The notes under the pieces were generated by a model. It was not told where the DNA came from. It ran no database searches and saw nothing but the letters and a program-made list of their open reading frames with translations. A DNA stretch of 61,997 nt, counting the filler, from Platydemus manokwari (taxonomy: Eukaryota), in NCBI GenBank assembly GCA_037951405.1. It is 6 parts of 6 records of this genome, joined end to end, with 100 filler letters (N's around TTAATTAATTAA, not from the genome) between each part and the next. Parts side by side here need not be neighbours in the genome. Positions count along the whole stretch, not along the records: positions 20,154 to 30,763 come from JBBMOY011120107.1; positions 30,864 to 43,558 come from JBBMOY010010015.1; 4 more parts are not named here. One strand, given 5' to 3'. Shown here piece by piece: positions 24,949-39,060 of the stretch (positions are counted from its first letter, which is position 1; the number at the start of each line of letters is the position of its first letter). Position numbers and translations under genes: made by a program.

Positions 24949-25577
24949 CAGTAAACTCTCATTAATCCGGACCTCGTTTTTTAAGTCCCCTGAATTTTAC
25001 CCATAATTCCTTGTTAATAAAATTGTTTAATCCGGAATTTGCATTTAAAATTGGTTTTTGTTTATTTTAGGGTTAAAATTGATGGTTAATCCGGATTTTT
25101 CATCACTTGGAAAAAAATTATTTTTTTGTAAGAAGTAAAATTTTTAAAATAATTATTAAGTTAAAGGTATTCTTTTTAAATGAATAGGCAAGTGAAGAAG
25201 TAATATGATATAAATAACAGCGCTTATAATAAATGTCATTTATTTTATTAAAATATTTTAAAATTTTAGCGTTTAGTTGATAATTTCTTTATTTATTATT
25301 TTTTATATTACGGTTATGGTAATACAAATTGTAACCTTATTTCAGACCCTTAATGAGCAAGCGTCAACGTCATGATCTGACAACGGAAATGAAATTAGCT
25401 ATTTTAAAAATATTTGATAATAGAGAAAAGCAAATTAACATTGCTCATGGGCTTAATATACCCAAATCAACAATTTCAGACGTTAAAAAATTTCGAAGCA
25501 AAATCGAACAAACTTCACCGTTAATATACAATTCTAAAAATAGAAAAACTAAAAATTTTCAGAGTGAAAAATTCTAA
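24949..25577 (+). mobile_element. Truncated pogo/Tigger DNA transposon: left TIR plus CENP-B/pipsqueak-type HTH
   Basis: TA|CAGTAAACTCTCATTAATCCGGAC, with TAATCCGGA repeated near 24963, 25028 and 25087. ORF 25353-25577 MSKRQRHDLTTEMKLAIL...IAHGLNIPKSTISDVKK is a typical Tigger N-terminus. No DDE domain seen. Confidence 0.85.
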
Positions 25578-28500
25578 AATTAATTTCATTTTCACGTTTT
25601 TAATTTTCGAAAGTAAATTATTGCTATAAATTATTGCTGAAAACTTATTTGTGATTTCATTATATAAAAACTAATCTAAAAAAATATATTGCTAGAAAAA
25701 ATATATGCATTAAATTCACAAAAGTAGTTAGCTCATTGAAAAATGAAGTAAAGGTTTAAGAAATTACGAAATAGAGTAGTGAAACAAACTTGATTGAAAG
25801 TTCTAAACAATGATATGAAATACAATTAATATGTAATTAATAATTTCAATGTTAATGTGGGAATCATTTAAGATTTATGAAAGTATTTAGAAAATTAGAC
25901 AAGGGGATAAAGGGATAAAAAATCTCTTAATTAAATTGATATAAATTATGGGCTGTAATTAGATGGTGTGTAAAGATTTTTGAATATGGGACAAACCACT
26001 GCAAATATCGTTGGAAACCATGTCTTATCTTGTATATAAAATCGAAATTCTAACATGTTATCGAATCATTTCATAAATTGATGGTTTTGTGGCCGATAAA
26101 TAGGTGAAATCATAGAAATTTTGTTAGATCTTTTATTTAATTTCTCTATGAATTTGACTTTTCAGACATTCAGATGATTTTCGGATTGACATATGGTCAA
26201 TTGTTGCTATTCCTATCTGACAAATAAAAACCTGATCTGGCTGTAATAAAAAAAATTTTCGTTAACACTGCCGACAGCTTAAAATATTGCCCGGTGTTAG
26301 AAATATTTTCGTCAAGAATGAAATAATTTGTGTGAATTCGGATAATGTATATTTTTAGAGTGGGTTAATTTTAATTTTGATATTTATCGTCGATTTTCTA
26401 TTAATTTATTGATTTGTTCTTTACTTGAAATGAATACGAAATTTTAGAATTATGAAAACTGAAATAACTTCAATATTATTCCGAATAATTGTGTTGCTAC
26501 AGTATATCGATTGGATTTTATTTGGGGCGAAAATGCATTTGACCAGTATAGCATTTTTGATCGAATAATTGTTATCGAAAACTGATAGTTCTGCTAACAA
26601 GCTGATCATCATATACAGACACACACACACATATATTTAACTTGAAAATCTCATTTCGAACTACTATGAATGATTTTAGAATGAATGTAATTCTGCAGAG
26701 AGAAAAAGGTGATAATAAGCAAAAGATGAGATTTCAAGGATAAAAATGAAATTTACAAAACTCAAAACACTTATAACAATTGCATTTTTTGTAAGAACGA
26801 TTAGGTTGACAGTAGAACCATTATAAACTTTGTTATAATCTAGATTTTGGCACGCTCTATGGAAATGTTCTAGTATCAAGTAGAATGGCAATGTAAATAA
26901 GCAAGCTATGATATTTGATGAAATAAACACGATTGAATACAAATTATTTCTTAAACAGAAAAAATCAATGAAGTCAATCGATGTTAATAAATATATCTTC
27001 AATGATTATCAACATATTCATTTTACGATTCTGATAATATAAAATGATTATGATGGTTAATATGGAAGACACTCAACTCTCTGGATGAAATTCATGCGAG
27101 TATCATGTAAAAGCTTATGTAACAGCACTTCAAAACAAAAAGGGAAAATGGTGTAAAGTTTAGCTTGACTTATCCATTTAAAAGAACACAATAAAAAATG
27201 AATTACTTGATTATGTAATCACAAAGGACATGAAAATTTGTTAATGTTGATATTAAATGATTTATACAAATAATTTCTATGTTTACAATTATAATAAATT
27301 AAATGATTTCTGGGAATCTTTTCGCAATGAATCATTTCGGTAAATTTTTGAATTGCTATATTTCTGTGATATATAAACGGAGTCTGAAACAAAATAATTA
27401 CCAAACCGTGGTGTAATCAAATTTCATTTTACTTTTATAAATTCAATTTCATGTTTTGGTCTTAGTTTGTGTTCTATAGACTGATAAAAGAAATCACCTT
27501 TATATATATCTGTATTGTCTTTGTCATTGTTTTGATTTATTCATAATTTTCTTTGTTTTCTAGATAGATAGTTCTTGTTCTCTATTAAAAATCCAATTAA
27601 ACCAGAAAAAATTGTAATTTCTTTGTTAAAAGTATCTTTATTATTTTTAATCATTTTAAATTTTTGTAATTTATGAACATTATTTAATGTTTATCACTAT
27701 TATTTCAGATTCTGTATATAGGCCACTTCTAGAGTTTCTACTGTTGGATATTTATTAATAATAAACAACTGACTCCAAATACAATATGTATTAATCAATG
27801 CACAAACTACAAAGTCTTAACCCAAACTTGGCTTCAATTAGCAGTTGTCCATCTTTATATGGTTCTTTATACTCACGATCTGTGTGTATTTTTTGTGTCA
27901 TCTATCACATTTTGATTTGGTATTTGTTTTACTGTGTTCTTATTGGGTTTTTAAGTTTTTACATGAGTGGGTTGGTCAATTCCTATATGTGTGTTTCGTG
28001 TTGCTATGCCCCCCTTTCCAATTGTAATTTACCATCTAAATTCGCTGTAATTAGCTGATTGCTATGCATGCACAGCTGTGTAGGCATCCTAATGTTCAAA
28101 GTGCCAAAACAAGGGTTCCAAGGTGTAATTTTCATTTTTCTTTTTGCAGAATTTCATCCCAACCAACACTACCAAATAATTCTTATAATCAAATATGTTG
28201 GGTATTTGGAATAATGACATTGCTTATTTAAGAGACATGACTCCGAATTCATTTTTTTTGTGCATGAACTTTTTATGATTATCATGTAAATTTTTGTGTA
28301 TATTGGTAGAAATTTTTATTATTAATAATATTTTACTTATTTTTATAATATAATAAATTAAAACTAAATTGAAATAACTGTGAAAAGTAAAGTTAAAGTT
28401 ATAATTAAAGAATCGATTATTTAAAAAATATAATTTAACCCAAAAATTAGCCCATATTTTAAACCTAACAACTACAAAATACCCCTACTTAAAAAATATC

Positions 28501-29750
28501 TAAATACTCAAAATGCCCTTATAAAATAAATTACACTTATTTAAAATAAAGCAGAATTTGGCAGGCAACTGAAATGAACATCAATAGATATAAATCCCTT
28601 TTATTAAAAAAATAATAAACATCATTTTTCACCCGCATTTTAAAATGACAACCCGTAGTAAATGAAAATTCATTCAAAATAAATTAAAAAGAACCCGCAT
28701 ATTAATCGAAATTCAGTCCCAATAAAAACGCCTTAAATGGCCTGTTACAAATATATTTCCATTATAAAACCATCAGGACCCGCCTGTTAGTAACTTCAAA
28801 GTCAATTATTCGAATTCGTTGCCGAAGAAAGCCAATTTCCCTTGTATAAATCATCTACCCAGTTCATCTGAAAGATCAATTTAAATATTGATATTCGACC
28901 TGATTGATAGGATACCAAAATACGATTAAGATGCAATATCTGGAAAATCATTGTCTATTTATATCCAAGAACGTATATTCTTCCTATTTATCAGGTTAAT
29001 CCAAACCATCTTGAATAATCGGTTCTACTCCTCTTGGGAGCATTGTTAACCGGAAGTTTTGTCCAGAATTATAAATCTCTGTACGTTTAAGTGTATACAA
29101 GTATCGTTTAACCATAGCTAATTGTATAAAAGTAGTAATTCATAGCCATAATTGTCGTATAAAGTAGCATTTTATTTTGTAATGTTTATTGTAATAAAAG
29201 TGTATAAACATAAACGAGTTGGTTTTGAATTTGACGAGTGCCCTAAGTATCATTTCATTGTCTGTAAAGAATCATTGCATTGTCATTTCATCACCATTTT
29301 GGAAAGGTGTAAAGAGGTAAATAATAATAACAAAAATTTGAGACTGATAATTAATAAAGCAATATCATTGAGACGTTCATCTCGCCTTCATACGAGGATT
29401 AATACGATCAAGGCGAAGAAGGATCATAAAACAATAGTTTTAGATGATTCCTGGGGTTATAAGAATTCCGTGAGATTAATTAGACTTTGATATTGCCCAA
29501 ACAAAATTCAAATATCATTGAAAAGTAGTAAACAAAAAGAGACTGACCCCAAAATCGAACAAATAAAATGATTCTGTTTTAAATCTATAAAGCAATTTTA
29601 AAATGTTATTTCGATTCGACTGTTATAAAATTCCTTTTATAAGTAAAGATATTAAACTAAAAACGCATTGAATATTTATTAAACTTAAATTTCTTAATTA
29701 CCATCGTGATTTATTATGTTTATTTTGAGATATTCGTTTCTGTCTTAGTC

Positions 29751-30029
29751 CATTATTCTTCAAAATGGTGGTCGCGAGAGATTTCATTTTCGACATTGAC
29801 TTATATTAAGACAAAATATCGATCGAATTTTAAAGATCAGGAATTAGTACTGAGACCAGCTATCACAGCAATATAGCCTATATTTGATGTTTTATGTCAG
29901 ATTATACTAAAAAAATTTCTGGCGTTAAAAAAATTGGCTTTATTATTATGCTTATTTTAGTTCCTAGCGGTCGCGAAAAAATTTGGACTCTTAAAGTGAA
30001 TCGCAACATAAAAAGTGTGAAAACCACTG
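29751..30029. mobile_element. Non-autonomous hAT (Charlie-like) element
   Basis: Near-perfect 8-bp target-site duplication tcttagtc (29743-29750) / ccttagtc (30030-30037). Right end AAAAAGTGTGAAAACCACTG, degenerate left end CATTATTCTTCAAA, subterminal GGTCGCGA motifs. Confidence 0.7.
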
Positions 30030-31779
30030 CCTTAGTCCACTAAAATACATTGACATCGGTTGTTGATTATTTAAATTATTATTATGTTTGTGAATTTATT
30101 TTTTAATATATTCGAATGTTTGAGAATTGATATCATCAAGCGGTCAGAACCATATAGCATCGCTATCAATTAAGTTCGACTATTATATTTAAATGAATGT
30201 GATGAACTTTCATTTTTCCGAATTGATTAAACTAATTAAAAGACTTAATTCATCGTTTCTGATGATTTTTTTCTTTATATTTAATTTTTAAAATATAAAT
30301 TTATATGATTAATGATAATATTTGTTTTGTAGGATAATCGGTTATAATGACAAGATGAGAGAGAGGGTGGAAGATCACCATATAAATAGCTACGCTTAGA
30401 ATCCGGTTTTAGTACTAAATACACATGCCTAAATGTACATGCCTAAACAACTATTCAATCACGATAACCAACTAATTAAAAGTAGTATAGTACTATGATT
30501 TCGATTTGTTAAAATTTGTGACTACACATGAATTGACCAATCCAAGTCATGATAAATCAAAGAATCCATGAAAAACAGATCATGGCACAAAAGTTTGTCA
30601 TATAAAACACATTAAAATATCGGATTATAGATTAATTTTTAAGATTTGGCCACTTGCCAAATGGTAGTCAGTTATTATCAGTTGAAATATATGTAATTAT
30701 AAGTTATGATAATGCTGAGCAGCAATTTATGCGTCAATAAACCTGCTACTTCACAGTTTTAGTNNNNNNNNNNNNNNNNNNNNNNNNNNNNNNNNNNNNN
30801 NNNNNNNTTAATTAATTAANNNNNNNNNNNNNNNNNNNNNNNNNNNNNNNNNNNNNNNNNNNNTTAAATATTAGAAAAAACAAACGGTGTAATTTTGAAA
30901 TATAATAAAACATTGATGGAAACGAGTTGTCTTTTTACTGATGTTGATCATTATTTTTATTATAAATTCTAAAGCCCGATTTCTTTATCAATTTCATCGC
31001 ATTACAAGGCATTTATAATATTTATAAATATTTGGATTTCAAAATGAATTTCGTGATATCAAACTTTTAATAAAGCTAAAATTAAATTTAGAGATTTGTA
31101 AAAATTTAAAAATAAACATATTTAATTATAATTTATCTTACAAAGCTGAACAACTTTCTTTCAAATTATTCTTGTAATTTTATATTTTTTGGAAATTCTT
31201 GAATAAAAATAAACTATTTTAAGAAATTTCGAAATGAATGTCATTTCATGAGTTTCAATAATATGATCACATTTGAGAAAATAAAATAAAAATGTCGATG
31301 TAAATATTATGTTTTGATTTCAACAAATTTAAAATATGTGCTGAGATATGGGGCAGTTAAAACACAAAACCCAACAATCAATCCATACATAAATATCAAC
31401 AATTTTTTGTGTTTATATTATCAACATATTTATAATTGGGCTGTTCATGATAAATAACTGAATATCTTAAAAATATTAATAAATATTTTTAAATCTTTAT
31501 CTCGTGAATATTTTATGTTTTGGGATTTTTAAAATGTGGTCCATTTTGTGAAATGGATTTAAAATAAAATACATGTTGTCTGGCACAAAAATGTATTAAA
31601 ATCGAGTAAGTGATCAAAATAGAGTTAAATGAAAACATGACCACAAGTCAGAACAAGGACTGATTAGGATTGAGTTAACTCGAGGCTGGATCAAATAAAG
31701 AACTGCAAATATTCATTGAGAGTTAAAGAAAAAAGTATTTTACGAATGAATAATGGAGAAATCATAGCGGTCCTTTATC

Positions 31780-32170
31780 ATGGTAGCGAAGTTCATTATT
31801 GTTTGAATTCATTGGCTTTGGAGTTTTGATATCAGTTTTAACAATCATATTGAGTTTGATTAGAAATCTTCAGATTATAATCTGATAATTATCGATCAAG
31901 TTAACCCAGTCGAATGTAATTTGATATTCGAATGGATATTTGTCAGTGTAGATTGTCCTTGATGTACAGGTTCATTGTAAAATCAGAAACAGTGTCGCAT
32001 TGGAGAAGGCACAGCTGATTAACACATTGATTGAATCGAGAAATCAATGGACTAATCTCAAACACTCATCATGTCGTTGGACAATGTGAGAGAGATACGG
32101 AACACTTGACTAAAGTGCATGTGTTAATGATTCAAAATCCATGTAACAACACTAGCATCCTCTCATTATG
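31780..32170 (-). mobile_element. Highly decayed third copy of the RLE non-LTR family (CCHC/RLE region)
   Basis: Minus strand HAL*SSVPYLSHIVQRHDECLRLVH. DNA ggactaatctcaaacactcatcatgtcgttg matches 10745-10776. Confidence 0.75.
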
Positions 32171-33349
32171 AAGTCATTTATAAAGATGAGTTCACCATGA
32201 TAAATAAATCATCTAGTATGATTATTAATGAATTCATTATATGTTTTGTGTTTGAATCTCTGACGATTAGAGTATAAGTTTGAATTATTAGCACAAATTC
32301 GAGTCCTTGATGCTTTAATTAACTCAGTGATTTACAAAAACACATCTCAACAAAGTCGTGGTCACTTAATAGCGGTAAATTCATTTCGAGATAGTTAGTC
32401 AAATACCATAGAATTTAAGTTTGATTCTATCTTAAGTATTTTGGTTTCTAAATTTTATGATCATAGATCTTGATTGGTTGCCAATAGCGTTGACGCTTTT
32501 AATAGGCTGATCATTGTAAAGGTTTGTATAATTATATATTGATACAAGCTTGTCGGGGATAGCAAAAGGATATTCTGAGAGTTATTAGAGATTAAATATT
32601 TGCAGTGAAATTTTTCTAATCGAGATAATGTTGTTCATAAAAATGATAATCATACCAATGATATTTATAATAATAATTTTCATTATAAAATAATAATGAT
32701 ATTAGCATTAATAATAATTATTTTATTTATTGTAAATAATAATTATAATCAATAATATAATTATTTAATTTTATATTCAACTATTTTTTCTGACATTCAC
32801 ATTGAGATCCAAAAAGAAATCAGAGCCCATACAACTATTGCATTGAAACTATCTCAAAACTGATGAACAAATTAATTATTCTGGAAATCCATGTTTTCCA
32901 CTGAATGTGTATTTCTAAAGTTTCATTTGATAAAAAAAATCAATACAATGAATACAGAAAAATTAATAATGAAAAATTGTCTTTGGTTTTCAATTGTAAA
33001 TATATTAATTTTTTTATTAACTAGTGGGAAATGTCGAAGTTGATATGATGCATCTCTCCATAGTTGCTATGGTTTTTGGAGTTTATAACGTTTTTGAGGG
33101 TTTTATTGATGAAACATTGACAATCCCAATATTATGTCATCGATACACCGGTTTATACCCGTCAGTATTGAGTCGTATATCGAATTCAATTGATGGATTT
33201 AAACCCAAACATCCTTACCAGTTGTTGATGCATAAAATATATCATAGTTTGCCTGCAATATTGAAAATGATACCAAACAGGTCAAGTATAAAATATAGGA
33301 TTGGAAAATAGAAAATAAAATTTATTTAACTGTCATCCATATCATCTTT

Positions 33350-33560
33350 AACAAATGTTGGCTCACTGCTCTCTTCATCATCAACGACGAAATTACCAAC
33401 AATGAATTTTGCAGTTTCTCGCAGACACAGTACCGGTGCCAAGCACGGAATTAATCTTTTTCTCAATTGCTTTCAACCGCATTCATTCCATCTTTCCACA
33501 AAAAATACGTCAGCTTTATCAAGTCGCTTTGCTTAAACTCCATAATATGCCGCAAAATGA
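33350..33560 (-). mobile_element. mariner transposase N-terminal HTH remnant
   Basis: Frameshifted translation ...YFLWKDGMNAVE / EKKINSVLGTGTVSARN / KFIVGNFVVDDEESSEP resembles the mariner pattern NINxxFGxGTxxERT...FxxGDxxLEDEERSGRP. Confidence 0.65.
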
Positions 33561-35704
33561 TACTTTTTAAATGATAGCCATCTGAAACAATTATTCAATT
33601 ATAAGATAGAAAATAAACATTTAAAAAAGGATTTAATAATGCATTTAAACAAAACATTTCTTCATAAAACATTGGAATTTTTTAGATTTACATACGATTG
33701 ATGTTTTGTTTATATTTCTCAATTTACATATTGTCTGCATTGGTTAAATAAATATTATTATCTATCGGACAAGACTTTCGTTCCAATCCTATATTTGATA
33801 CCCAATAATTCCTATTCCACTCAGGTATTAAACTAAATTGACTATCCTCACTAACATCACGATAATATATTATTACAATCAATTTTACACCAATCAAATT
33901 GAGTGGAATTAATGCTGGAAATAAATGGTTTAAATGGAAATAATGATTGAATCTTCCTGTAAAAATATGGACCAAATCCATTCCAAATTGTATGAATAAT
34001 CGTCGTATCTAATTTTCCAAGAGTAAAAGTAAATTTCAAATATTAGATTTCAGTGCAGCATGTCTGTTTTAAATTAAGTGCGGTGCACCCATAATGGTCT
34101 CAGTATTTATAGTCAATCTTTGTTTACTTCAGCCTTTATGCGTTGACAGTCTTTGTTGCCTTGTTTCAATTATGCGTGCATTGTTTCGAAAACTACTGAT
34201 CTTTATTTAACTGAGCGTCATTGATATTTTAAATAAATTGGTACTTGTTTTCCATTATTTTACAATTTCTGTTTTTTTCATCAACACATTTACTTTGTTG
34301 GTGAAAATAAAATTATCTTTAAATGACATTTTCTTCGTTTGACTTAATAAGTTTATTGTAATATAATTTTTCTTTTTTTATTATTATTTTATTTGGTTAT
34401 ATTCTCATGCAAGTCTTTTTAAAAAACTTGTTCGGAAATCAATTTCTGGGCCTATTTGGTAATCTTTAATTTTCATTTCATCATTTTTTAATATTTGTTT
34501 AATGATTGTCTCGACGGGTAAGTCGTTTGATAAAATTTATTAATACTAATCTTATACAAAATTTTTTATAACTCTATCGTACATAGTTATTTATAAAATC
34601 AATATTTAAATCCACTATTAAAAGAACAGATGGAACTGTTTTCAGTTTTATCACATTCCATTTTTCTCTACCATTAATCGCGTGTGTGTTATCATTGTTT
34701 TCTTTCTACCACAGTGATTTATCTTTACAACAAACATAATAAGCAACGGAAACTAGGATTTCACATTTCTGACGAGCAATTATAAGTAAAACATGTTAAT
34801 TTAAAACAAAATATGACTAACAAATCTACACAATAAGGAAATAGTCATCGCTGGAGTTATTATGTTATTTGGAAGAGAGAACTGTTCGAATTATAGAAAA
34901 CTCGTCAACGTGGTGATCAAATCAATTGAATGAAAGCCTAGGAATGAAAACCAGTGGAATTCCTGATACTTGAAATATCTGTCCATTAATGCTCAGTCTG
35001 AAGCAGGGATTTTAGATTAATAAATAAATTAATTAAATTTTTGGTAGAATTATTAATGAAATCATTCAAGTATTTTTATTAATATTTGAATATTGGGGTT
35101 AGCCGACGTTATTCTCTTAACATTGATGTAAGACCATCGAAACATTAATTTTGCAATCAATTCGTTACGTCATACTTGAGTCTGTGTGAATATAAGCATA
35201 TGATCTATAAAATGTACTATTAATATATTATTACCTACTATTATATTGATCTTTAAACCTTAGAAATGTGAAGCCCGAAATGGAAAACCTGTGTAAATAA
35301 TAATATAATATTTTCTGTTTTCTTCTGTCGACCAAGAAACCGATGAATAACACATTTCTATAATTTAGAAAGACGTGTGTACAAATTTCGGAAAAATTGA
35401 AACGATTAGATGAAAAGGCAAGGAAATAAATGAAATGACACGGAATAGAATTACAGCCAAATATAAGCAATAACTTCAAGGATCATTCGCTCTAATTGTG
35501 AGACCAAATAAGAAGCTGATAACTCGTTAAGAAAGAGTAAGAATACGAAGCACAAATATTCGACAGGGTGATTTGAAGAGCACATTTCAGCAAAGAGCCA
35601 TGAAGAATAAAGAACAATTTCGAAAAATTTTAAGACAAAATTTGTTAATTCCCACAAAGAGTAAGCTTGTTATTGAATATTATTGAGGTTAAATCAGCAT
35701 TCCT

Positions 35705-35752
35705 TCTATCTATCTATCTATCTATCTATCTATCGATCTATCTATCTGTCTA
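35705..35752. repeat. (CTAT)n microsatellite
   Basis: Directly visible. Confidence 0.9.
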
Positions 35753-37589
35753 TATATATTTAAGTTTTGTTATATTTGATGGGTAAAAGTAGTATTCGGA
35801 TCCTAAATTCCATTATTAATTGTAAGCGAGTTTCTGCTTATTTAGCTGAAAATACATTCTAGCTCATTAATCTTTTAATTATATTGGTGCCGAAGTTACA
35901 TTCCGGTACCTTATGTAAGGGCGTATATGTATATGTGGCATGAAATTGCGAAGTTCAATGACACAAACGATTACAGACAAAAATAATAAATTATCCGATA
36001 ATAAATTACCAAATATAAAATTTTCAGACTGAATACAAAATCACGAGCAAATCTTCACTAAAGTGTAGAGCGAATAAAAAATTCAGTAATTAAATTTTTC
36101 CACAGGCTTCATCAGCAATTTAATAATTTTGAACTGATATGATCATGTCGTGAGAATTTTCTTTCACAATATAAATGATAAAATATCAAACGAAGAAGAG
36201 ATAATAGCATTTACTTACATATTTTCTATTCATAACCATACATAAATTATTTCTTAGCTAAGAAATTGATAATTAAAACATCTAGCACCATTTGATTAAT
36301 TGGGAGAAAATAAGAGGTTCATTGTCATGATTATCATTCAAATTAAATCTCATTAATTGACGCTGATATCGACAGAATATACAATTTTTTTTAAAGTATT
36401 AAAAATTAATTAGAACACTGGGATTTCGAATTTAAAATCTGTCCTTGCTATGTCGGATAGTAATAGCCATATATGAATCTAGGATACATTTTATTGATTG
36501 GTACAGTGTCGAATTATTTATAGAAAAATCAAAATAGATTTTCATGATGATTTTTAACTCACGACCATTTCACCTAATAAATTACTTGGGAAACCATAAT
36601 GATTGAGTGTTCGGATTTTGTAGCAAGCAAGCAATATATAGGCGGGTGCTAATTTTTACTTAAGGGAGTCAATGTATGCTCTTGTAATATTCACTTTAAA
36701 TAAATTGTTGTTTAGATAAATATTTTGTTTAAATTTATTGGGTTTACTAAGTTTTAGGTTTGATATCACCAGAATTATGTGATATTTGAAACCATGAAAA
36801 TAAATAAGTTGAGCTCTATTTTAGTTTTTATTCGTAATAATTAATTAGTACCCCTGACTCCAAAAGGTGTATGCGGATTATAAACGAGATATGATGTTAT
36901 ATTATAAATTAATAATAAAACAAGTAACTTGATCTGAATGAAATATAATTGTTATTACAATGAATACTAATAGATAAATAATAGTAAAATTCAAAAAGAA
37001 CTACAATACAGTTAAATATAAAAAGCAAGATTTTAAGCAAATAACCAGGTGTTGGAATTGTGTTTTAGTTATTCCACTATTGTTGAGTTCTATTATCATA
37101 GAACTTTCCCTTAATGGTTTTCAGGAAATTTCATCGATGGTTAGGCCTAAAAGCACTATATGGCATCGTTTTTTGATTTTAGGATTTTAGTTTTCAATTA
37201 TATTCTAGGTGAATGAGATTTAGACTCGAACCTTTACTTTGGAAGAAATGTCTAACTTCATTTTAATAATAGTTAAATTATTTGATAGATGGATTCAAAA
37301 TAATATCCAATTCGCACTAAAAATAATGATATTTTTACTAATTGATTTTCATTGTTGCTATTTTTAGTAACTAATTTATTTAAATTTTATTTTTGTATTT
37401 CTTTTATTCTATTTTTTTATTTTATTTATTTTTGGTAAGGGATGACTTATTCTTAATTATTTTACTTGAAAAATTTTTATATATAAATTGTTTACTTCCA
37501 TTTTTATGAATGGCTATACCCAGCAAAATAAGTCAATTTTTATAAAAAATTTTAATAACTATTTTGTATTTAAATAAAGAATATATAAT

Positions 37590-39060
37590 TGGCAACTACA
37601 TCTTTAAAATTAATATGGTTTCGAGAATCTAGAGACTGTAGGACATGCTGTAGTCACAAACTTTCAATAACCAAATTTTTTTTGACTGGAATTCTAGTAA
37701 AACAACTCAATGGATTTGCAATATTAAGTGTAGGTCACCACGAAAAGAGGGCCCACTTAACAATAAAACTAGAAATAGATATTTCCGAAATCTGATATAC
37801 TACAAAGATTCTTGACAAAATATTCTCAAATTCCCAAAATATCCACGTGGTTCAAGGATGAGGTTCGTATCATGCTGTGAAATCAATAGTAGGATAGAAA
37901 ATCCCTCAAAATAACATTACATTGAAACCTCAGGTAACCATACATTACATTATAATTAATAACTCTTGGCATTATATATAATATAGATCAAGACTTTTTA
38001 TTAATTGACGATATTTATAGAATATAAGGCGGACTCTTTGCAAGAAAGACTTGTAAGAATCAGACGCAAAATCAATACCAATTTCGTCATATATGTTCAT
38101 CATAAATTAATTTTATTAAGAGTACAATAAGATGAAAGATAAAAATAAAACTAGATATGAGAACAGAAGATAAATTGGAATAAAATAGGCCTTTAAAAGA
38201 TTGCGAAGAGAATGGCAGAGATCATTAGAGTCTTTTCGATAAGTAATGAAAGACAACTAGATTGATCAAGAATGTCAGCCAAATGAAAATGCAAAGATGT
38301 TCTCATATGGTCGCCAAGACAATAAAATAACCTTGTAAAGATATAAAGCTTTAGATTTAAGGCACACAACATTTCTCTTTCATATGAACATGCCACACAT
38401 CCAAAGGATTTGAGAGGAAACAATTCAGAATTCTACAGGTCGAAATACTTCACTTATGAAAGACTCCATCTAGAGCATTGTTTGTGACTTCAGATTTCTA
38501 AAAATTTTGGACCATCAATTCCGGTCATTCATCATAAAACATCTAACCAACCCGATTATTTACAGATTCAACGAAGCCTCCGATTTATCATGTGCATTCC
38601 TCTGGATATCAGTCAAAATTGACTCTGACAAAAAATCAAGTTCCATAACCTGGTGGACCAAGCCAGGGTTTGCAGCTCGAAAACTCAGGAAGCTTCAAAT
38701 TGGCTGTGAATTCAATCATCATAATGATGAAATTCAATTAAAAGTCACTGTCTTACCGGACAAGACATACTTTTTCTCAGACGATTGCCGTGGCAAAGTC
38801 TCAGATATTCTACACGATTTGGTGTTCATGTCCTTCTTCAATTGAAAAACAAGGTCGATCGGTCCGCTGTTTCCCCCTTCTCATTCATCGCAAAAGTCAT
38901 TAAAGAACGTCCATCTGTCACAGGAAGTTTAGATATTGACCCACAACACGCACAATCACATGCCATACCTTATCAAGGTAAAGAAATCGACATGAAGACT
39001 TGTGCCACCCAGTCAATGCTTTCTAACAAGGAACCCCTAAAGAACCATAAACTCAAAAAC
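37590..39060 (+). mobile_element. Possible decayed LTR-retrotransposon 3' region (integrase traces, then a broken downstream ORF)
   Basis: RDCRTCCSHK resembles the integrase CxxC. SYHA/EINSRIE near 37870-37900 resembles YHPxxNGxxE. GC-elevated broken ORFs follow at 38200-39060. Confidence 0.3.
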
